Source: Eledone cirrhosa
Taxonomy: Eukaryota
Length of the DNA stretch: 64,000 bases
NCBI GenBank assembly: GCA_964016885.1
Contig: OZ024741.1
Span: 292,950,001 to 293,014,000 of the forward strand
Direction: 5' to 3'
A program made the position numbers and the translations under genes. Of the stretch, positions 39,617 to 51,713 are shown piece after piece; the first letter of the stretch is position 1; each line of letters starts with the position of its first letter. The notes under the pieces are model-generated. The model ran no database searches. It had not been told where the DNA came from and worked only from the letters and a program-made list of their open reading frames with translations.

Positions 39617-41360
39617 CACCGTGTAACTATTTTTTGTTCCCCAGTTCTAAGTGTCATTTCATGGTTTGTTATATCCCATTATTATAAAAAAAACACTATT
39701 ATTTAATCAGAAGTCTGGGTTTGTGGTCAGGAGTTTGATATTTCAAAATGTTCATATTTTTCAAGAAAAAACACATTTTTTAAAAATTTATCAGTTCATA
39801 TAATTAAATCAACAGAGTATATATTTATTTTATTACACAAGCTTATCAAAAGCAAACAAGTAAAATCAAATAACACTTATAAAGCAACTTATACACGTCG
39901 GAAATGATTGGATTTCCTGGATTTGCTGTTGTAGTCCAGGTCGCATTCCCGCACTAGCCCCCAGATATAGTCCCCCATCATTGTTTCATTGTAGTGGCCC
40001 TGGTACCTCCGCCGTATCTCTTTCACATCTTTGTGGAATCGTTCGCCTTGTTCTTCTGAGTAGGCACCCATATTGTCCTTGAATCTTTCCAGGTGAGCAT
40101 CCAGCATATGGAGTTTAAGCGACATCCTGCATCCAATGGCGCCAAAAGCCTTTATCAGATCCTGCACCAGTTGCTGGTAGTGTTCAGCTCTGTAGTTGCC
40201 CAGGAAGCCCTTAACAACTGCCTTGAAACAGTTCCATGCTGTTCTCTCTATCCTATTGAGCTTATTGGAGAACTCGGTAGATTCAAACACCTTCTTTATC
40301 TGAGGTCCAACAAAAATTCCACCTTTGATTTTGGCCTCAGATAACTTGGGGAAGAACTCAAGAAGGTACTTAAAAGCGGCTGATTCTTGGTTGAGAGCCT
40401 TCACAAACTGCTTCATCAACCCCAACTTAATGTGCAGGGGTGGCATGAGCACAATCCTGGGATCAACCAGTGGCTCCCACATGACCTTCCGAGTCCCAAC
40501 TACAAATTCTGTTCGCTGCTCCCAGTTCTTTCTTTTGTAGTGGTCAGATGTAGCTCTGTTGTCCCAAAGGCAGAGGAAGCAATGGAATTTGATAAAGCCT
40601 CCTTGGAGTCCAAGCAGGAAAGCCACCATCTTGAAGTCTCCAATGATTTGCCAATTGTACTGGTTGTATTGCAGAGCTTCCAAGAGGACTTTCACATTCT
40701 AGAAATCTTTCTTCAGGCAGACTGAATGAGCTAGGGGCAGTGTCGGGAACTTGTTTCCATTGTGGAGGAGGACAGCCTTCAAACTTGTGGTGGAGCTGTC
40801 TATAAATAGCCGCCACTCTTTCGGCACAAATGGCACCCCAATAACGTCAAACAGTCCAGAACGTCATGGCAGAAGGGGCCATCCCTAAGAGTGTAAAAGC
40901 CTGAGAAAGTTTCGTGTCGACTTCTCTGACTTGTCACCTGCACTTCCTCCTTGACCAAGTTCCACTGCTTCATCCTAGAGACGAATGCTATAAACACAAC
41001 TTGCCCTTTATTCAGGGCGCGAAAATCCAGTATCAATAAATCTCTTTAATCAACTTTTTAACAATTTAATACTTTATTGCACTTTTATAATTTTCTTTCG
41101 GTATTACTCTTTTATTATATAATTTAGATTTAACCTGAAACATATATAAAAAAATCATTTAACATAAGCAAATTAAACTTACATACAACGTAAAATCCAG
41201 CATACAAATAATTCTAGTGAATAGCTTAGAATTTTTACAAACCCAAACTTTTAACTGTTTAATAGTACTTTTTTTATTTATTTATTTGGGACCTAAGCAA
41301 CACAAAAAAGGTGATTACAAGCCAGGAACAGAGAAAAAGCTTTTTTTTTGTTACACGGTG
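39617..41360 (-). mobile_element. Chapaev3-type (CMC) DNA transposon, apparently internally deleted
   Basis: TIRs CACCGTGTAAC (39617) / GTTACACGGTG (41360), 3-bp TTA target duplication (39614-39616, 41361-41363). Superfamily assigned from CAC..GTG termini, TWA TSD and transposase motifs as I recall them. Confidence 0.8.
39889..40990 (-). pseudogene. Transposase C-terminal part
   Basis: Motifs EWRLFIDSS..LKAVLLHNGN (upstream of the called ORF), GDFKMV..LLGLQGG..CFLCLWD, PPLHIKLGLMKQFVKAL, MSLKLH..H, SEEQGERFH. Confidence 0.8.
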
Positions 41361-43336
41361 TTACACGCTAACATCCTTTCTGCCACTTTCATAACCTGAT
41401 CCATCAGTTTTATACCCCTATAATTGCTCCTCTCCAGAGCATCCCCTTTACCTTTGTAGCAATTTATGAGAATATTGCTGCACCAGTCTTTGGGTATGAC
41501 ACCACCATATATAGCCTGATTGATGATGCGTGCAACCAGTTTAGTGCCTACGTCCACTGATGCCTTCAGCATCTCAGCAACTATCCTCGACGGTCCAGGA
41601 GCCTTACCATTTTTCATTTCCTTAATCGCCTCTTGGACCTTATATTCGTCAATCTCAATAGCTGGTCCCTCTGTCGGATCCTCTGTCGGATCTACTCTCC
41701 CATTCGTTCTCCATATTCATCAGTCTCTCATAATGACATTTCCAGGCCTCCTTTTTCTGATCATTCGTGACACTAAGTACATCGGCATCATTCCGGACAC
41801 ATTTATCTCCAACAATATCCTGATTTGCATTGACACATTGCCTTGCAATGTGGAACACCGCACGCCTCTGATCTTCCTGTCGCAGAACATTAGCAAATCT
41901 CCTACTCTCACCCTTTTCCCAAGCCTTCCATGCTAGTTTTTTTTATCTCTAATGGCCTTATCTACTGTACCGTTCCACCACAAGTTTCATCAGTAGCCTG
42001 CAGTAAGTGGTCACATAAGAAATTCCAGTTATTATCTATGTCATACGACTCTAAATCGTCTTCTCTTTCGTCATACACATCTTGAGGGCTTTCCTAAATT
42101 TGTATTTTAGTGAAAGGTCTGTTAGCTTTCAGACCTTTCTTCTCCACACCTTTCTGTATGTCTCATTCCATCTCTTGCTTACTGTGACATCACTAACGAT
42201 TAACCTATGCTATGGGGTACATCCTTCCCGAGGGTATGCCTTGGTATTTGACACCATCTGCCTGTCCTGCTGCCTAACTAGTAACAAGTCAATCTGGCGT
42301 ATGTGCTCGCCTGATTTCTAGGTTATTAGGTGGTTGGCAGGTTTCTGGAAGTTAGCATTGCAAGTAGTCAGTGTACTTGCATCACAAAATTCAAGAAGTC
42401 TCACTTCTTCATTTCTTGAGCTGTAACCGTGCCCACCATGTACCCCAGTGTAACTATCCTGGAGCTGTCCAACATGATCAGTGAAGTCCCCTGCTAGCAT
42501 AACGATGTCTCCGTCATCTGTCATTGTGGCTGTTTGTAAAAGTTGCTCGTAAAAGCAGTCTTTCTCTTTTTTACCTAGGCCTGCTTGGGGGACATAGGCA
42601 GAGATGATTGTCAGTAGTCTCCTGCCTACAACTAATCTAAGCTTAATTATTTGAACTACCACTATTGTCTTATTGATCCATCTCTCACCCAAGAAAATGC
42701 CTATTCCCCCTAACCCATCATCCTTACCTACCCAGAAAAGGCACCTCTCCATCTCACCTCTTGCACGCAGCACACATCCACATGCCTTCTCTCCAGCATC
42801 TCCACTATTTCATCAGATCTACCTGTGAGAGTGCCAACATTAAGTGTTACAACTCTGAGATGCGACGTCTTCATATTTTTGTTGTTCCTTTTCCTGTAGT
42901 GCGATTGCTTGAAGATGGTTGGGGGGGGGGGGGGTCCCGCACATGGCCGCATCAGCCACCCCACTACCGTGCGCAGCCCTAACATGAGTGTTGCTGTGCT
43001 CATAATTGTTTTGGCATTGATACACTGGTTGGATACCCTTCCTAACACCAGTGCCACTTTACAACAAGGACTGGGTGCTTTTATTCGTGCCACGAGCACT
43101 AGAGAGGATGTCTTACTGGACTCATGGGCCCTCTCTACCCTCTATTTTACAGCATGGTCATAACAAAAAAAAAAAAGCACCACTTATTGACACTCACGGC
43201 ACACACACACCAACACATGCATACAAACACACACAACCCTCACACATCAACACTCATGCATACAAACACACACATACATATATTACCGTCAGTACTGATA
43301 CAAGATCATGTCAACTGTTGACTTTTACAGTATTTT

Positions 43337-43369
<33 letters not shown>

Positions 43370-43900
43370 TGTTTGCTTTTCAGCATAGAGTAACGGCTCT
43401 CCATGCTCCAGGCCCAAAACAAGGCACCAATAATGTGCTGGGACAATCGCTGCCCCGTGCCAAGAACAGAATAGTTATTACTATTATTATAGTTGTTTTC
43501 TTCTTCTTAAGGCCTGATCGCTGGTGATGGTTATGGTGGTGGTGGATGGTGTCAGTGATGGTGATGGCAGTTGTTGTCGTTGATGTTGTGTTGTTGCTGC
43601 TGCTGTTGTTCATTTCACTGTTGCTGCTGCTGCTGCAGACAATGGTGTTGCTGTTGCTGTTGTTGTTGTTGTAGTCGCTGGGTTGAAATTTTGAAATTAG
43701 GTCGCTTCGCGTGTGTGATATGTAAACATATATATATACATACACACACATTCAACACAGACAATGGTGTTGTTGCTTTTGTTGTTGTTTCAGTTGCTGT
43801 AGTTGTTGTAGTTGTTGTTGCTGTGTTGAAATCTGGTCGCATCGACTGATATATATATATATATACACATACATATAAACATATATACACACACACAGAT

Positions 43901-44044
43901 AAAGGAGTTTAGGAAAAAGTATGACACCGACGGCTCGAGCTCTGCCGTCGGGGGTCATACTTTTTCCTATTTCCCACTCCACTACCCTAAGTATTGAGTA
44001 CTCTGGTGCGTTATGGTCCATCTGGTTCCTTACCACAATTCCTT

Positions 44045-44047
<3 letters not shown>
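43901..44047. other. Small palindromic element with ~25-bp stem hairpin (MITE-like)
   Basis: TAGGAAAAAGTATGACaCCGACGGC-loop-GCCGTCGGggGTCATACTTTTTCCTA (43910-43969); short terminal match AAAGGAGTT / AATTCCTTT; lies between microsatellites. Confidence 0.6.
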
Positions 44048-44085
<38 letters not shown>

Positions 44086-44204
44086 TTTGAATTATTTTCC
44101 CACATCTTACGTTAACTATTTTCCCATTTTGACGCTATAGTCACTTATATATTATGGAATACTGTTGGCTTCTTGCTACAATACTTTCTATACTTTTCAT
44201 TTAT

Positions 44205-44280
<76 letters not shown>

Positions 44281-44889
44281 CACTCAACACAGAGAAAGGC
44301 GTTTGGCAACAGGTCAGACACCTTGGTGTTGATAGGATTTATGTGGTGGTGTGGTGGTGTGGTGGGGTGGGGGCGAGTGTAGACGTTATTGTGGTGGTGG
44401 GGAGCAGTGAGATATAGCCAGTTCATAGTTCACTTGTCACTTTTCCTCTCTTTTCAAAATTTGAATGTATGGCCATTTTGCAATGGGGGTAGGGGGGCAA
44501 GTAAACGTAAAATGTAAAATTTAAATAGAGATTACTCTGGAAAAATACATGGAATATTTCTGTAGCTTCCACAGATGTTGTCAGAACATTTCCCCGGAGT
44601 CCAATGAGCAAATATTTTGTTGTATTTTGATCTTTCAGAATACGAAAATTAATAAAAACTTACCCCCACGAAAAACAGTGTGTTGTCCGATCTATGAGCT
44701 CCCTATCATATATATATATATTTCGTTTCTAAATTTGTTTAGCAAGATTCTTTATCTGAAAACGTGTGTTGAAACCGATATTGTTATGCTTTGGGAGGGT
44801 CATGTTGCCAATAAGAAACACACGGACCAGTTGCGTTGACTCCATTTTATTATAAATTAAATTTATAAATTTAAGAATTTATAAATTTC

Positions 44890-46962
44890 CGGTTGGTTGG
44901 TTTCATAACAGGACAGTTGTTCATATATTGTCAAAGTTCTGAGACCTCTTCAGTGACTGGGGATTCTTTTCTTTGTTTTGTGCCTCTCCTTTGTTCTGTC
45001 CTACGCCATCTTGTTTTTGTGTGTTGTGTGCTTAGTTTGCGCATGTGTTACATCCGGGTGTCTGTGTGTGTTTATATTTGTTTATTTATTTGTTTATTTA
45101 CATGTTACTGGTTGGTTGTTTGTTCTATGTGTGTGTGTGTTTTCATTTTGTCCTTAATTGTAAGTTGTCATGTTGCTATTCCATTCATGTTTTCTATTTA
45201 ATTTTGGTTGGAGTTCATTTATGTTTATTGCCTCTGTGATTTGTCTAAACATTGCGTCTTTTCTGTGTGTAGATTCTATTTTTATTTCTATGTTCTCTAA
45301 TTCGCCCTTATGTTCTATTTTAGAATGTTGGTGGAGTATTGATGATTCTTTTTTATCTTGAAGTTCTCGCCAGTGTTCATTTAACCGTTCTCCGAGCTGT
45401 CTCACCTATGTACACTATATTCTTATCTTTACATTGTCCTTCAGTACATCTTATACTATATACTACATTTCTAGTTTTACAGTTAATATGGGGGTTTAGT
45501 TTACATTTCTTATCTATACAGGGAGGTCTTTGAAAAGGGTATGTATTGCTAATAAGTGTTTTTATGGAGGTACCTGGTCTTTCAACTATCTTAATATTAA
45601 GTTTATGTTTATCTAGGGCCCTTCTAAATTTGTAAGCTAATTCACCTCTAGGGGTTGTATTGATGAACATTACACCCTGGTATTTATTGCTATCATACCA
45701 TGAGTTTATTCTATTAACCTTATTCCTAGTTCTTTCTATTCTATTCCAAAATTTGCTCCTATACAAGGGGCAGGTCCCATTTGTATCATTATTTACCATT
45801 TTTTCCCATTTGGTTCTGGCTCCTCTATATACTCTGATTTTATCTCTCTGATTGTAACCAGAGAACTGCATACGGTGGATGAAGTGTTGTATGTGTCTCT
45901 CTAGTTCTTTGGGGTTGCACATGCGGGACACGTTTCTCATCACCCGTACCAAATCCGCAATCAGTATGTTGATTTTGGTGTGATCCGAAACAGCTGAGTT
46001 TCGGTGGATCAGATATTTGGAAGTCATGGGTTTGGCATAATGGGAATGGAGGATTTGTTTTTTGTTATTAATGGTTTCTAACCAGAGCTCTGTGTCTAGT
46101 ATAGGTAATCGATGGTTGGGGTGTTTGCTTGGGTAGTCTATAGTAACTCTAATACTCTGGTGGATGGCGTTAGCTATTTGCTGGATGCTTTCCATGGTGT
46201 TTTTCTCTAATTCCTGACTGTTCTTTAGTGGGGGTGTTTTTACTACGATATTTATATCATCAACGTAGCGGGAGTACATTATCAGGGTTAAGAGGTTGCT
46301 GTCTTCTAATTGTTCTTTAAGTTTAAGTTTATTGGCCCACCATACCATGAATAGGTTAGCTATGTCACCTGCAATGCTAACACCAATGGCTGCTCCCTCC
46401 TCTTTGGCATATGTTTTCCCATTAAATTTGAACATATGTTCCTCAAGGGTTAATTTTATACTGGCCCCCACCGCATGGGCAATCATTTTCTTTAGTTCAT
46501 CGTGGTTTTCGGGGGTCCGTATGGCTCTGGTCCACTCGTTCCATCTTTCTGTGTGAGTTTTCTTGGCCATTGAGGTAATGGTAGGTGGTCTGCCTCTTGC
46601 TGGTCGTGTAAGGCACAGGTTGCTAAGGTCATATGTATCTAGATAATTATTACTATAGGTAAGTTTAAGTAGGAGTCCCAGCTCACTGGTATCAATCCCA
46701 CGGAATTCAACATTGCTCTCACTGATCATTTCTACGCATTTCTCCAAAGCAAAACTCACGTCAATGGATGGATATAGGGACACAACATCCATACTACCTA
46801 TTATACAGTTTGTTAGGTCCCTAGATCGGTTATTTTCGCTGATTCTGCTGAGGAGGTCCTTCGTGCTGTCACATATATCTGGGGACATTTCAATGATGGG
46901 GCGTATGATCAGGGAGAGGAAGTAGGAAAGTCTGTAGTTACTAGCAATGTTAGCTCCACATA
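44890..46962 (-). mobile_element. Penelope-like element (RT + C-terminal GIY-YIG), 5'-truncated
   Basis: GSMDVVSLYPSID, GAAIGVSIAGDIANLFM, RYVDD, LPILD; VVYSIRC..YIGETAR..RLNEH; an 8-nt deletion near 45390 shifts the frame into ORF 45154-45405. Confidence 0.9.
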
Positions 46963-47337
46963 TTATTAGCAATACATACCCTTTTCAAAGACCTCCCTGT
47001 ATAGATGAGAAATGGATAATCTGTAAACTAAGCCCCATATTAACTGTAAAACTAGAAATGTAGTATATAGCATAAGATGTACCGAAGGACAATGTAAAGA
47101 TAAGAATATAATGTACATAGGTGAGACAGCTCGTAATATAGGAGAACGGTTAAATGAACACTGGTGAGAACTTCAAGATAAAAAAGAACCATCAATACTC
47201 CACCAACATGCTAAAATAGAACATAAGGGTAAATTAGAGAACATAGAAATAAAAATAGAATCTACACACAGAAAAGACGCAATGTTTAGACAAATCACAG
47301 AAGCAATAAACATAAATGAACTCCAACCAAAATTAAA
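46963..47337 (+). mobile_element. Inverted copy of the Penelope GIY-YIG region (inverted pseudo-LTR-like arm)
   Basis: Reverse complement of 45197-45555; reads SNTYPFQRPPC..YIGETARNIGERLNEH..NELQPKL. Confidence 0.9.
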
Positions 47338-47600
47338 GACATGCCTTTGTCATCTCCATTGTAAAGTTCAGCTCGTTAAGATCAGTCTTCATTACTTCAT
47401 TTCAGGTCTTACTGTCCATCTTGTCCTTGGGTCCCAGCCACTGAGATTACTCTGTATTAAGTATACAGCTGTAATCTTTTATTTGCATCACTCGTCCATA
47501 CTGACAGTCTTTTCTTTTGCACACTGCAACCAATTCTTCTTATACCATGTTTTTTCTATCAGCTCACTCATGCACACTAAGATTACACATCCATCAGAGC
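47338..47600 (-). mobile_element. Degraded RTE 3' fragment abutting the Penelope arm
   Basis: Minus strand reads ..EVMKTDLNELNFTMEMTK, similar to EVVRTDLRSLKLTVEMTK of the RTE copies. Confidence 0.6.
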
Positions 47601-48576
47601 ATACACAATTCATTTCTTTCTAGCCTTCACAGTACACACAGAGCCATCATACGAAAAAGAAGACCTTTGTGGTCAACAGAGTTACTAGCTCCCTTAACAA
47701 CTCTACTTTTTCTTACTCTGGCTATCACACTTTTAGAGCATTCTTCTTCATCTTGATTTGGTCGTCTAGGTAACAAAATCTGTTAAGTACCTACATATAT
47801 ATGTATATGGAAAAATGGATGATAGTGATGGGGATATACACAGGAATATGTATAGATACAATCGTATGTATAAACAGACACTCCATGCATATATTTAATA
47901 TATACATGCATCTTGTACGTATAATAAACACACTTACTGGTAGATATCCATACATGCAATATGTGAGTGCATATGTAAGTGTTTATAGTTGCTTTTGCAT
48001 TTAATGCCTCATAAAATGTAACTACAAATCTAGTGAAGGAATCTAAAAAGAATTTATTATAGAAACAACATATTAGAGTTAAGATTTACATTAACTTGAA
48101 TAATATCTGAATATCTATAGCGATTGGTGAGATATTTCACAGGAATAAATCACCAAATGATTTCAAAATAAAATGATTGCTTGCGTTAAGGTTTGATAGT
48201 AACTAATGGGTCAGATCTGAACATAAAGCTATCTTCAAACATTTACAAAAAAAAAAAAGATAGAAATATGTATATATGTGTGTAATGTATGTATATAAAT
48301 GATATATAAAGGAATACATACTGATAATATCAATTGAGAAACTGCTAGCATTTAGTACATGTATATAGAACTATTAAATTGTAAGAAGATATAGTTACTT
48401 TAAGATGCTAAATTTAAAATTCCTAATTAGTAGGTCCAAAGGAAAATCTAGTGAGCAAAATAACTTACATAAAGATGGTTTGATAAAATTGTAAGCTCTG
48501 AACTAATGCTCATCAAGCTATTTTATTGAGAAACGTAATCGGTATATATTTTTAATGTATCGATTAAACTTATATT

Positions 48577-48909
<333 letters not shown>

Positions 48910-49359
48910 TATTATTACACACACATACACATATGTGTTGGTGTATGTGGGGGTGATGATGTTTATGCTTGCCTGCATCTATCTATATATATTGATGTAT
49001 ATATCTTTGTAGAATTATGTGTGGGTCTGTTTAGGTGGGCTTTTGAGCCTTGTATGTATATAAAAGTGTATGCACCAATAATTCTTTATTTTATATTGGT
49101 TAAGGTGTCAGGCCCATGATTGTAAGGTTTTAGTTTCAAACCTTGAGCAAGGCACTTCATTTCACATTGCTCCAGTTTACTTAGCTGATAAAATGAATAC
49201 CTGTATGTTGTTTATGAATTATACCTGGAAAATACATGCAGGAACTTGAAAGAATTCCTGGCATTATTAAAGAATTGAAAATAAAGAATTACTGATTTTT
49301 ACAGAAAATGGTGAAAATAGTAATAGTTACAAAGAAGTATGTACTTGAATGGATTCCTA

Positions 49360-49790
49360 GGCTGGCAAGATATAGTCAAATGTTGTCAGTATTGGAATAC
49401 CAGCCTGGTAGGATATAGTCAAACATTGTTCGGACTGGAATATTGAGCTAGCAGGATATAGTCAAACATTGTTGGGACTGGAATATTGGGCTGGCGGGAT
49501 ACAGTCAAACATTGTTGGGATTGAAATACTGGCCTGGTGAGATATTGTCATAAATTGTTATCACTGCAATACCAAGTTGGCAAAATATAGTCAAATATTG
49601 TTGGCTCCAGAATATCAAGATAGTGAAATAGTTAAACATTGTCTGTACCAGAATACTAAGTTGGCAGGTTAAAGTCAAACATTGTGGGTACTGAAATACT
49701 GGGATATATTGAAACATTGTTAGTAAAGAATGCCAAGCTGACAAAATATAGTCAAACATCAATAGTACCGAAATACAAGACTGCCATGTT
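49360..49790. repeat. Degenerate 43-bp minisatellite, ~10 units
   Basis: Core gatatagtcaaacattgtt or variants at 49369, 49412, 49455, 49498, 49541, 49584, 49625, 49668, 49703 and 49745. Confidence 0.9.
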
Positions 49791-50249
49791 CAAAGCATTA
49801 AACTGTCAAGTACTAAGCATCAAATCCATTGACTACAACACTTGAACGAATGATTTGTGGAGTTGTGTCAGCCGATTTTAGAAACCATTATCACTAATGT
49901 AATTTCTATTACTGCAGAAAGAAATGACTTTTAATGCAAGAATTATTTCTAAAGAGAATAATGATTATTACTCTACTGACACCACTGCTAGTAATTTATT
50001 ATATTTGGACTAATTCTTTATAGCAGTGTTTGAATATTTTCTATTATTTGTCTTTTATACATTGTCTTCAGCAATTTGGTGGAAACAGATAAAAAAAAAA
50101 ATAGTGAAATCTTCTAAGCTAATATTTAATAATAAAATAAATAACTCATTATTTTAATTAACTTACACTTCCTGCTATTGTCTTCTTTTTTCTCCTATAT
50201 AAATACATACACACATAAACACATACACACATAAATACATGTATGCATG

Positions 50250-50283
<34 letters not shown>

Positions 50284-50350
50284 TGTATGTTTGAATATAT
50301 TTATGTCTCTCCCTCTCTCTTTCGCTCTCTCTCTCTCTCTGTCTCTCTCA

Positions 50351-50424
<74 letters not shown>

Positions 50425-50523
50425 TATAATATATATATATATAATATATATATAATATATATATATAATATATATATATATATGGAGGAAGTTATAGTTC
50501 ACTTGAAGCATTGTGTTATGAGG

Positions 50524-50938
50524 TATAAACGTTTGTATATCTATAATAAAGCCAAAACAATGCAGGTATGGACATAGAATAAAGAATGAAAATGCAAAAG
50601 ATAATGTTGACAATTAGTCTTTTACCTTAGATTTATTTAAATGTCCTTAATTTTCGAGATAATATCTCTTCTTCGGAGGGAAGTAAAGCAGTTAAAGCAG
50701 TGTTCTAAATAGCTTGCCAAGTCATGCAGAGATATTATCTCGAAAATTAAGGACATTTAAATAAATCTAAGGTAAAAGACTAATTGTCAACATTATCTTT
50801 TGCATTCTTTATTCTATGTCCATACCTGCATTGTTTTGGCTTTATTATACATATACAAACGTTTATATATATATATATATATATAAACGTTTGTATATGT
50901 ATAAAGCCAAAACAATGCAGGTATGGACATAGAATAAA
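50524..50938. repeat. Nested palindrome: ~140-bp inverted arms (50524-50669 / 50728-50867) plus a third partial arm (50882-50938)
   Basis: Arms are near-perfect reverse complements around a 58-bp spacer; a second fold-back is centred on (AT)n at ~50875. Confidence 0.93.
50645..50679 (-). ncRNA. Candidate minimal type I hammerhead ribozyme
   Basis: Minus strand CCT-CCGAAGA-A-GAGAT-ATT-ATCTC-GAAA-AT-TA-AGG: core boxes (U4 to C), 5-bp stem II, palindromic AATT stem III, 3-bp stem I. Confidence 0.5.
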
Positions 50939-51506
50939 TATATATATATATATATATAAGTTTGTATACGTACATACATATATGTATACAGACGTACAGT
51001 AGTATGTATATATATATATACATACATGCACACATATCTATATGTATGCATGTATGTATATATATATATGTATACATATATGTATGTACGTATACATACT
51101 TATATTTAAGTAACAGCCGTACTAAGAGTGAGAAATGAAATTTCGTTTCATTTTTTCCGTATATATATATATATTTATTAAAATATATATATATATACAT
51201 ATATATATATAGCATTTCCCCATTTAATTTATCTACTTATTACTGCTATTATCTATTTTATTAGGTTTCTGTTATAAATATATTCTAAAGAAACACTTCA
51301 TTTTTCAAAAAATTCTATAGTAGTCATTAATATTTTAATATTTCATATTTTAATATATCTTATTTCATTTTCATATTTTTACTATTTGTTTTCCTCTATT
51401 GAAAATATCTATTGTGTATCATTTGGTAGATTTTATTTAACAACTTGTTGCAATTCCTGGCCTTGCCTAGGTTTAGTAATACCCAATATATATACAACCA
51501 TAGGAA

Positions 51507-51713
51507 TAAGGCCAGTTTTAGAACTTGGGGCCCTGGGGCAGTCCAGGGGTGGTGGGCCCCTCATATAACAAAAGATAACATTAAAAGTTAGTAGGTTTGT
51601 TTGAAGTGGGAGCGCTGTTCAAAGAAGGGGCCCTCTTTGGAGAGGGGTGGGGGCATGTTTAATGAATATGACTGAATATTCACCTCCACCATCCCCTAAT
51701 AAATCAGGCTTTG
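51507..51713. mobile_element. hAT-type MITE (related to 13133-13294)
   Basis: taaggccagtttta ... taaatcaggctttg termini, ggggccc subterminal motifs, possible 8-bp TSD cataggaa/cacatgaa. Confidence 0.55.

Larger units (their letters stand above)
38227..43160 (-). mobile_element. RTE LINE (copy 2), near full length, split by a DNA transposon
   Basis: 387-aa ORF 38240-39403 (YADD, Cys/His finger, RGRPRKTW); APE fragments 42318-43099; sequence resumes collinearly with copy 1 across 39617-41360. Confidence 0.93.

Noticed and set aside
49360-49790. CRISPR array
   Set aside because: Inter-core segments are homologous to each other, cores are degenerate, there are no cas genes, and the context is eukaryotic.
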